From NCBI GenBank assembly GCA_020536535.1, contig JAHLWZ010000607.1:1-40991 (forward strand): DNA of 40,991 nt. The letters run 5' to 3'. The position numbers and the translations under genes are program-made. The stretch comes from Pelomyxa schiedti (lineage: Eukaryota; Protista; Evosea). How positions within the stretch are numbered: the first letter of the stretch is position 1; each line of letters begins with the position of its first letter. A model generated the notes under the pieces. The model saw only the letters and a list, made by a program, of their open reading frames with translations. It had not been told where the DNA came from and made no database searches. Positions 26,084-37,000 of the stretch are shown here, piece by piece.

Positions 26084-29000
26084 ATGCCCAAGCGACTCGC
26101 ACCAAAAGATTCCGGGCACAGGAAGGCAGACAAAATAAAAACGGTACATTTTGCTCTCCTCGTAACTGCACTGTTGGGTCAACTCACTTTCAAACCTCAC
26201 TCTTGGATTTTGTTGTTTTTATCTCATCATTCCGTCCCAGGAGGACGATAACACCAAGGACACTACCACAACCACCACCAAACCCACGCAATCTCAATCA
26301 AAGAAATCGAAGCTGTCTCTGCAGCTACCCCCAGTTGAACGGCTCACAACCTCCAAACGACCTCGCAGCCAGGTTGGCGGCGATGAAGGCGATGATGAGG
26401 ACGACTCTGAATTGGACATAAGCCGTGTTGTTGTGGATGTTGATGTAAAGCACGAGGATGTCTCGGATGATAATTGGGGTGACAAGGAGGATGACGGAGT
26501 GGACAAAGCAGGGAAACCTGGCAACTCGCCAAAAGAAGATATTTCAGTAAAAAACGCTGCAGCTCCAATGACTTCCACACAACAACCTGCACCACTTCCA
26601 GAAAAAACCTCAAATCCATTGGCACCCTCAGTAACACCACATTCTTTCTTTGCCCCACCAACCTTCTCTCTTCCAAATCAGAGTAACGTAAGTGCCCCAC
26701 AGTTTACTTCCAAAATCATCTCACCAGAACCCCTGTCTTCACCCATATCTCCTCCGGCACCAGAGAACCCAACTAACACCACCCCTGTCGCCTCAGATGA
26801 TGTAGACATACTAGAACGACTCAAGAAAACTATAACCATCTCCACGAGTGCATCGAATCCAATATCAACCACTCCCGATACAACATCTGTTACCAGGCAT
26901 ACAGACGAACAACTTCAAGAAGAAAACCGGAAGTTGAGATATGTTGCTGCTATCAATGCAGTTGCTGATGCAATCAAAGCAAAGGTAGTGTCTTGAACAG
27001 TTCTACCTCCTGTTGATTAGACCCCCAGAAACAAAAAATATCCCCAACTAGTGTTTTTGCTGTTGTCATCAAATACCTAGTTGAGAAATGTGATTCTACG
27101 AGTGCAAATATGCAAGAACCTTTTCTGAAGCTTCTTGAGCATGTCTCCTCAGAGTATGGATTCCTCAGGCTTTCTAGAAGTGACACTTTTCTCACTTACT
27201 ATGTGATTTAGAATTTCAAAACCCGTGTTCCGAGCTCGAGCAGCCGTAGTCTCCAAACTTTTGTCATCGATTGCCTCTAACAGCCGCTCTTCATCACCCA
27301 CTCTAAAATCTGTGTGTAATTTCTCTTCTTTTTTCCTCACATTTTGTGTCTTTCCTTTCCTGACATTTCTTTTCTTATCTCCCTTTTTTTTAACCACGCA
27401 CAAGGTGGTACTGATTTTACGGAGGTTCATACTGGCCCTCAGTATGGAACCTATGCAAACAGAAGTTGCAGCTTCCCTCAAAAGTTTGCTTTATTTAGCA
27501 CAACATTCTGATCCAAAGGTACACCTTTGTACTGAACTTTTATGTGAGCAACATTCATCTTAACGCGATGCAGGTGAGTATCAATACACACAAGGTGATT
27601 GCTGGCCTTGTCAAGAAAAACCAGGATATTGTTACACACATATCACCTCTCATTTCCAGTCGTGTGCTTGATTTGATTGGAATAAAAATAACACCGCAAG
27701 TTAATGCTCGCTTCCGTTCATATGTTGTCCAAGCACAGAACATTCTGTTATTAGTCCAACGTATTGTTGCCTACCTCCCTCAAACAGTGTGCTGTCCCAT
27801 TATCCGGAATTTCCTCAAATGACCCCAATCAAAGGTCATTACCTCAATTACTGGGCCTCTACTTCATCAAAGTTACAAAGGTGCCCAAGTCCTCCAAGCA
27901 GGGTCTCTGCAAGTACTACAAGCGTGCGTTAATAGTGGAAACATGACATCAAGCTGGCTTCTGTCCCTACTTGAGGTAATATGTGGAAATGCAATCTCCA
28001 AGAAATGACTCAAATGTGTAGTCTCTGCGTTCTCATGAAGATTATTTTCGAGATTCCGATAATCTCCACACCTTTGCTGACATGCTCACGCAATGTTTGG
28101 TGGCTCTGAAAAGGTACACTTCTACAATTTACCATCTTAGTGACACTCTCCTCCCAACTCAGCGTGGATGAGCACTTATTCAGCACCAAATTGAGCCTTG
28201 GTTTTACTTCTATTATCCCTCTGTTAAGGAGTACGTTGTCCATGACTGCAGCAAACTGCCTCAAGGTTGGTGGCTTTACCACCTTTTTTTCTCTTAATCT
28301 TTAACTGCCACCCAGACACTTGTGGGGTGTGTGCCTGAAAGCATGATTCTAGCCGCAACAGTGGGATCCAAAAAAACAGCGAGTATGACAGACTCCCCCC
28401 TGGAATCAATCATCGACTTGCTTGTACCTACACTCTCCATGCAATACCGCCCTTATATCAGTAATGTCATGCGCGTGTGGAGTGCTGTATTTGAGGTTTG
28501 CTTCGCTCTACATGATAGACCGTCATGTCTCAAACTCTTGTTAAAAAGCAACTTGGCTCGGACTCTGCTTCCATCTTAGAAAATGTATTTCTCACATTGT
28601 GTGAATTACATGAAACACCAGAGTTCAAAGAGGAGCGTGGTCATATTGAAATGACGATTCAATGTATGGTTATGATTTGTTGCTTCATCCAAACATTCTT
28701 ACACTCTGACCAGCTGCAATACGAGCAATGGGGGTTGAAAACATCATTAAAATTACACCACTCAATTTGGATTCTCCCCTTGCCCCACGGTAACTTCACT
28801 ACAATTAGGCAAGCTGTAATTTAACTGTCCTTCAGGCCAGGTGAAGACACAGAGCCAAACCGTGCTTGGCTTCTCCCTCTGATGAGAACTAGCATAAAAT
28901 TATCTGATATCAGTATCTTTTTGGAGTATTTTATTCCCATGGCGAACTTGTTGAAAAAAACTGCTGGTGAGAAAAAAACAACATGCTTTTTGGACTCAGT

Positions 29001-32000
29001 ACTCTTGCAGAGCAAAAAGCTACTGAAGGTTATGAGGTGGAATCAAAAAATTTGTCGAATCTTTACGATCAAGTGTGGGACCTTTTCCCAGGTACAGCCA
29101 TCCTACTGTCTCACTAGGTTTAATTAATCTCAAGCTTTTTGCTCTTCTCCTGTCGGAATCGATAAGGTGGATGAAGTACCCGCTTTCTTTCTGTTCTAAC
29201 TCTAAGTAGTCCTTCCCAAAACTCGCACCGATCCTTGGGACAATTGTGAAAGAAAAACCAACTCAAAATATAATTTTGGCTGGGCTGTGTACACTTGTAA
29301 CAAGTTTACGAAAAATTCTGTCATCTGAAGAAAGCACAGAAAAGGAAAAATCTGGTAAAAAATTATGCTCCAGCCGGAGTGATATGACAGAAATTTAGAG
29401 GCACAGAAAGCTCTCCAAGTCATGGGCAGATTTGGCAAGAACTTTCTTCCCTGCTTATTAAATGTCATGAGTACCTCTGCCACTTGCAATAACAAGCTCA
29501 TCTTGGATACTATCAGAGCTTATGCCTCTTTGAGTCCTACTGAGGTCACTTTTTTGACTTCTGTGATTTTTTTTCTAAAAAAAAAAACCAGGTCGTGAAC
29601 GGTGTTTTTAAAGAAGTTTTTACCCAAGTGATAGCACAAGCATCTCAAACTCAGATCCCAACTAATGAAGATAATCCCTCAAACCAGGTATTTTGTGTCA
29701 AACCAAACACACTCCAACTACAGTTTTATTGTGTTGTTTCCCCACACCTAACAAGACTGGAAGAAAATGGAATCTGAAGGGGCTGCCTATCTTCAAGGTC
29801 TGGTTTTCTTTTTTTTACTACCCAGTTGGTCATACTACTACAGTTCTCGCTGCCCTCTGTTCGGCCTTTGCAGCCCATCTAAATAGCGATAACCTGCAAG
29901 CGGTACTTGACGTCATAGAACCACTTCTTATGGTAAGGAAGAAAAGTGTTGATGCTTTATTGACAAAAAAAAATAAAAAGCGCCAAGAGACAGTTGTACA
30001 AAAGCGAGTGTGGAATCTCTTAGCAGTAATTTGTATGGAAAATGAAGAGCTAGTTAATAGGTTGTCTGATAAGCTGCGTGCCATCATCGTCAATGTCGAT
30101 CCGGTTCCTGCGGCAAAAAGGGTGTGCTTTGTAGTCCTCTTGGTTTCTAGAAGTTTACCTCCTATAGTTTTGGCTGAAGTTCTGCTATCATGTTATGGTG
30201 CACTTATCCCAAACAAACCTGCCCCTTGTTATTGAAGTTTTGTTTCCCCGTGTGCTCATCCATCTTCTGCATGCTGTAAAAGAAAACAACCTGAAATCGA
30301 GGTATCTATTATGATTTGAGTAAGCCCTGTTAACATTTTTATAAGGAAGCAAGCAAACAAATTACTGGTGAAGTTAGCCTATGTAATGTCTCAGACAAAA
30401 CAGGGACTTCAGGGATTCGTGAATCTACTCCTTGCATCTCTGGCGTCAAAGGAACCTCATACTATCTCTTCCTGTGTACTTGCTCTTGCCCGCGTAGTTT
30501 ACGAGTTTCATGGTGAAAACCTCAACCTCTAGTGGCCATCTTATAACCTCACAGAAAAGTTGGATGTTGAACAAATTCAAACATTGATGAACCTAATTTC
30601 TCTCCTACTTGATTCTGCAACCACGCAAGTTTCCAAGGCGGCATTGAGCTTCATTAAAGTATGTGTGGTTGTTCTCCCTCGAGCAACTCTGAAGCCAGCA
30701 ATCCCCAAATTGGTATTCCTTCCTTTCAACTTTCTTTCTTTACCCATTGTACAGGTCGAAAAACTTGGAAAATATGCAAAACAATCGCATAAAACATACA
30801 GATTAATACTGAAGCATATTATGGAGAGAATGATGAGAAAACTGGGGTATCCAAGTTAATATCCCGTTTTGCCTCTGAAGTTATCAAGATATGAAGAAGT
30901 TGCAGCATCAGCACAGGAAGGATTTAGGAGGATTCTAAAAAATATGATGAGATCAAAAGCAAACAAGCTCACGGTGAAATATTAATACCCTCTCCAAATT
31001 TTAATGTTCTACCTTTACAGAAAAAAGGACTTAAGTTCGAGCAAACCGACAGTACCCCAAAGCCCTCTTTTGATGCGACTATGCGCGACAATAAATCTAG
31101 TGACGATGATGACGATGAAGCGGAATTGCTTGACCTACCTGTGTGCTCCACCACTTTGGGTTTTTATTATTAAACACCGTAGTCGAGAAAGCGGCAACGT
31201 GCACCTCTGGAGGCAGGGGTTGACAATTTCGAAGAAGGAGATTATGAAAAAGACGCGGATGAAGAGGAAGAAACGGATTTACTTGACGGAAACCAGCTTC
31301 TTGAGAGTGAAGTCAAAGCTAAACCCGCAAGGCACGACCAAGCCAACGTGGCACTTAAAAAGGATAAAGAGTCCGAACCTGTTTTCCTTGATGCAGATGG
31401 GAAAATCGTAGTCAAAGAGGTACCTACCCTCATTGGAAACATTCCACTTAGCGAAAAAAAAAAAAAATCACAAGGATATTAATGAAGCACCTCTTCCATA
31501 TAGCCCAAAGAGAGCCAAATTGCAACATTCAACAGTCATTGAAGCCAAGCCGGTACCAATCAAGTCAGAAGCGAAAGGAGGCGCATCAGCACAATCTTCC
31601 GCAGAAGAAGGAAGGGTTTGTTCCCTCGTTCCACTTTTTTTTGCTCTCTAACACTGGACAGAAAGCCATGTACCAGAGAATGATCGATAGAAGACAAAAG
31701 GCCCTTGTCACCAAACAGGAGAATGAAAGGAAGAAAATGACTGGAGAAAAGTTCAGAGCCAAGAAAGCCGTAAGTGAAACTGTACCTTCACTCTTTTTTT
31801 CATATAGACCACAGGGAGGAGATATTCACCGGAACGGAAAACAACCCTATGCCTACATCCCAATGAATCCAAGACTAGGACTGAAAAAGAAGTCTGTCCA
31901 CCTCTCCATCAATCCAACTCAACAATAAAAACACACAACACACAGGGGCAAGCCAGTCATTAGAAAAGGAGACCAATTCAAAGGCATCATTGGAGCCGCA

Positions 32001-32063
32001 AAAAGAGGTTCTGATCGTGGCTCTCGCGCCAAACGGAGAAAAGTCGTTGCCTCAAAGCCGTAA
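26084..32063 (+). CDS. RRP12: RRP12-like ribosome biogenesis protein (HEAT/ARM repeats, NUC173 region); start approximate
   Basis: Many short exons of helical repeats; KALQVMGRFGKNFLPCLLNV; QKRVWNLL; ISSCVLALARVVYEF; VSKAALSFIKVCV; acidic/basic tail with GEKFRAKKAGGDIHRNGKQPYAYIPMNP (cf. GDVKRKGK.EPYAY.PL). Stop TAA at 32061-32063. Confidence 0.9.
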
Positions 32064-32346
32064 CAAACAAAACAAAATTTTTTTTTGTTTCTCCACATTT
32101 TTCATCCGTTAGACGAACACCGAAACGACTTCTACGGGAGAATTCAGCAGTGAACTTTTTCCCTGCAAGCTTCCATTGCCTTTGATACTCGTTGCACCTT
32201 CAGTTCTGTACAAAAGGAAAAGGAACAAGAGATTTCATAGATCGGTCTTGAGAGCAACATAAAAAGAAATTATTCTAGCGTTTGGTGGCACATCCGCAAC
32301 ACTGTGGTACCCATTGACTCAACTCAACCATAGATCTTGAACAACA

Positions 32347-33815
32347 ATGTCGGATGAATTGAGGCGTTCGGCGTCGTCCGGAGGACTGCGTAAGAGTGTG
32401 TCGTTCGAGCCGACTACGATGATAGCCGGTGGCGCACGCGACGAGCTGAAAGGCAGTGCCATCAGGAAAATGTTTCAGCTCGGACTCGAGCTCAAAAAGT
32501 CGTTTGGCGCCGCCAACGTGTTCGATTTCAGTCTGGGCAACCCAGCCCTCGAACCTCCTCCAGAATTCGAAGCGGCACTGCTCAGGTGCGTTACGGAGCA
32601 TGGGCCAATGAGCCACGGTTACATGCCAAATCAAGGACTCCTTGAATGCAGAACTGCTGGTGTGCTTTTCTCTACGTTTTTTTTTCCCCAAATGACCTAC
32701 CCAATTCAACTTTAGTGGCAACGTTGGTCAGTAGACTTCAGGGTGTTTATGTTGACCCAGACAGAGTTATTATGTCCGTGGGTGCTGCCGGAGGTATCAA
32801 CGTAGTTTTGAAGACAATCATATCCCCTGGAGACGAGGTTTGTAAAAATTATGCCTGCCCGGTAGCATCATTGACCACGATTGCCAGGTGATTAGATTGA
32901 TCCCATACTTCCTGGACTACGAACACTACATCACAATCCCTGGCGGTGTTATTGTAACCGCACCAACACAACCCAATTATGAACCAGACGTCAATGCACT
33001 TCGAGCAGCTATTACCCCCAAAACCCGCGCTATTATTATCAACTCACCAAATAATCCCACCGGCAAGGTAAAATAGGCAAGGTTCATCTGTAATTCTAAT
33101 TCTTTTTAGGTTTATAGCCAGGAGGTTATGAACGATGTTGGCGAGCTTTTGGCAGAGAAATCACAAGAATATGGGCGCCCAATATATATCATCTCCGACG
33201 AACCGTATACCAAAGCCCCTCTAATAAGTCTATTAATTTTCCTGATGCAGCTATGCACGACTTATCTATGGTGGAGCCAAAAACTATTCTGCATTTGACT
33301 GCTACAACTACTCCTTTGTCATCAGTAGTGTGAGTAAGGACCTTTCTCTGCCTGGAGAACGTCTCGGTTATGTAGTGGCCAACCCAGACATGCCCCACTG
33401 GCCAAAAGTGAAGGCGGATATGATTCAGTGGACCCGTGCGCTCGGGTTTGTAAATGCACCAGCACTGATTCAGCGGGCCGTTGCCATGTGCCTTGAGTCT
33501 TCTGTTGACATCAACTGGTATGCCAACAATAGAGACCTTCTCTGTTCTGGCCTCCAAGAAGCCGGCCTTGAGATAGTTTTCCCTGAAGGTGCATTCTACG
33601 CATTCCCCAAGTGCCCCCCAGGAGTCACCTCTGAGCAATTCTGTGACGCACTGGCAAAGGAGAATGTACTGTGCGTTCCTGGAACACCCTTTGGAATGCC
33701 TTTCCATGTCAGATTCTGCTATGCAGTAAGCCCTGAAACAATCACAGGAGCAATACCCAAAATTATAAAATCCGTGGCTGCAATGAAAACAACAACCACT
33801 ACCGGAAGTTCGTAA
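32347..33815 (+). CDS. PLP-dependent class I/II aminotransferase (bacterial aspartate-aminotransferase-like)
   Basis: [30 protein letters not shown]; [20 protein letters not shown]; [12 protein letters not shown]; ISDEPY; [15 protein letters not shown] (PLP Lys); PEGAFY; VPGTPFG...VRFCY. At least four GT-AG introns. Confidence 0.92.
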
Positions 33816-34041
33816 TAAAAAAAATATGATATTTTTACTTAAAAGTTGTTGCTTCTATACCTCATAGCCTTCACCTGGTGCTGTTTGTCAAGCATGTCAG
33901 ATGGAATGTTGGACTCTGGTGAGTTGCTTGAGGCTTCTATGGTGCCGGCATTGCGTGCAGGTACCCAAGGGAACCCAAACCAACTTGGGACTCGGGTTCA
34001 GGGAAAACGGTGGAGGCCACATTTGTTTCATTTTTTGACCA

Positions 34042-37000
34042 ATGGCGACCAACACGGCTTTCCGGGTGAATGAGTGTGAATGCCACGGAATTGAGCACGG
34101 CGCAGATGTTGTGGTTCACACTATGCCGCTTGTGCTTCCAAGCCTCGTGAACGTGTACGACCACGACGTTCCCGCTGTCGGCCCAATTCTCGAGGCAATG
34201 GGTGTGTGGGTGCCTCTCTAATTGATGGAGTTTTAGTTTTCGAAAAAAAAAAGCTCTCGTCTCGTGAGGGCCTGATGGATGTCACAGAGTTTCACAAAGA
34301 AGAGGAGCCAATGCCAGTAAATGATAAGATGTGGGCATACAAACACGGATCAGGGGCACCTTTGGTGCTCAATCAGTCAGAGTCTGTGAGGCAGTTCTTT
34401 GATTCAATCAGAGAAAAAAAATTTGCAACGGTGTCAGTTCTGGGCCCAACGAGGACTGGCAAGTCAACACTGCTCAATTACGCAATCCAGATTCTCCAGG
34501 GCACAAACACTGATCCGTTTGTCACCTCTGGTAAGCAAGCCCCAAGTCCAAAACAAACAAAGTGCAGCACACGCGGGATATTTTTCATGACTGCTTTGCT
34601 GCATTTTAATGACACCTTCTCTTTCAGACAACTTGAAATTTGGTTGCACTTCTGGCATTTGGTTTTTCCCAAGTCTGATCAACGTATTGACGTTCATTTA
34701 TTTTTGGTTGCCTCACACAACACAGATTCCCGGGTGTGAGATACCAGTTCTGTTGGTTGATGTTGAAGGACTCTATGCCGTCGACCCCATGAGTTCGCGG
34801 CGAAAATCTGATGTGGACCAATACTATTTCACACGGTTGTGGATCCTGGTCTTCTTCATGAGCAGCACAATTTTGTTCCTGCGTCGAACTCCCTCTTGGA
34901 ATGAACAAGACCAAACCACTTTGAAGGTTGGCCGCAAACACACAGATGAACTTTTATTGCGTTTTGTTTTGACATTAGCTGACATCACCACAACTTTTTT
35001 CCTGATCAGGACCTCGCAGATGCAATTTCTGATTTCAAAAGCAATCGGCAGAGTGACATTCTTCTCAGAAAGAACTGCCCCTCTTTGTTTGCATACATTG
35101 CACAGAATTTCGGGCAGACTTGGACACTTGAGCAAGGTGACCTTCACCCCCAAATAAACAACCAACAAACATTCAAATAACAAGACGGTGCATTCTGGAA
35201 GGATGAGAATGAGTTGGAATCCAAGCTTCCACCAGAATTTGAGAAACTGTTTCCAAACAGAGCCAACCCATTCAACTACTTCACACTCCCACCATGCTCC
35301 TATGAGGGAAGACCAGACGTTCCAACACATGCTGATTTTATTGCAAAGTTGAAGCAAATCCTTTTGCAGGTTGGAACATTGACCACTTCACCTCTCAGGC
35401 TGGTATGTGTTGTCCTTCAAGGCATATTGCAAAAATCAGGCCTGCATACTGACAAAAAAACACACAGGTGGGGGATAAGCCAACGGACACCATCGAAGTC
35501 ACAGGGAGCACATTTCTTTTCTTCATACAGACAGTCTTGGAGGCTGTAAATGGCAAACTGGAAACACCACAGATGGTCAAGGTTGTTGACTTTTACTGTG
35601 ACTCCAAGCGACTGGAGGCTCTTGATGCTGTGTTTGCAGATGCCATGGTCCACTTCAATACAATAATTCGTTCTGAAAAACACCCCATTTCTCCCTCTTT
35701 TGTCCAGGTTTTCACATTTCCTTTTGTTTGATAATCTCCTTCCCTTTTACATTTCACTCAAATTTAAATTCAGGTGGCAATTGGACTTGCAATGAAATTT
35801 ATTGAAGACCCACTGGGAAAAGTTGTGGCAATGAAGAGACCAACAGTCGAGGGAAAGACAAAAACCTGGGATTTGGCAAGATTCAAAAGAGAGGTGGAGG
35901 ACAGGATCACAGCTGAAAGTGAAGCATTGGTTCGTATATCCCCCAAAGGAAATTACATATACTGCCTCTCTTTTCATCCCTGATATTTGAACACAGACAA
36001 ACAAATTTCGGCAAGAAGCAGCCACGTTCTGTGCTGAACAAGTTGCAATCGCTGTCAGAGACTTTTTCTTGCACACCACCGACCTCACGAGTTCCGAGGC
36101 TCTCATGGAAGCCGCACACAAGAAGATGCAAGAGCTGACATCGCAGCTCCAGCGATTCGACCCGCTCCACACGGAATCCATCGACACGTTCATTCCAGCA
36201 GTGAAGCAGAGGCTGAACGAGCACACCAACGCTGCAACTGTTGCCCTCCACGTTGTGATGAGAAGGGTTGCGGAACCGTTCTTTCAGGCACTTGGAAAGA
36301 ATCTCCCGGCGGATGTCAACGTAGATTGTATTGAGGGAATGTACCACAGTGAATTGTTTGATTCAAATGGGGAGGCAAAGCAACAGGAGCTAAAGTGTTC
36401 TGGTATGGTTCCCACCTCCGACTTAAAATAAAAAACAAAAAAGATGTGAACACAGCATCACTTCAGGAGTTAGATCTTCTAAATGCTTACAACAACGAGA
36501 GCAAGAACATCCACCCTGCCTGTCGATTTACACTTCCATTTGTAACCGAGCAACTCAGGAGGTTGCACAACACTCTTGCAGCAGAAGGTGCGAAGGCACT
36601 TCACGTGATGCAATGGGTTGAGCTTGAGTCTTGTCTCCGTTGTGTCATGAGGGGTGGGTGCAATGGGCCACCACTTCCAATCAAGAGCTGTGAAGACTTT
36701 CAGACAATCCAGAGATGGACTGGTGCCGACATCCTCCAGCTGGTGTGGGCGCCATCATTCGAGTGCCTGAAGGGCCAGATTCTGGATCGGTTCATGCAAC
36801 ATGGTGAAAGGTTGCAGCAGTGGCTTCTGGACAAACAAGTGGACGTGAGTGTTGCCGATACCATCGTTCAGATATTCTGTGAGTCTGTGGCTGTGATTTT
36901 CTCAAAGATTCCACTTCCTGCGTGTTTTGATCTGACTGTGGTTTTCCCCGGTGACTGGAAATTACCTACGGGAATTGATTTCAAGTTTTCAGCTTCACTC

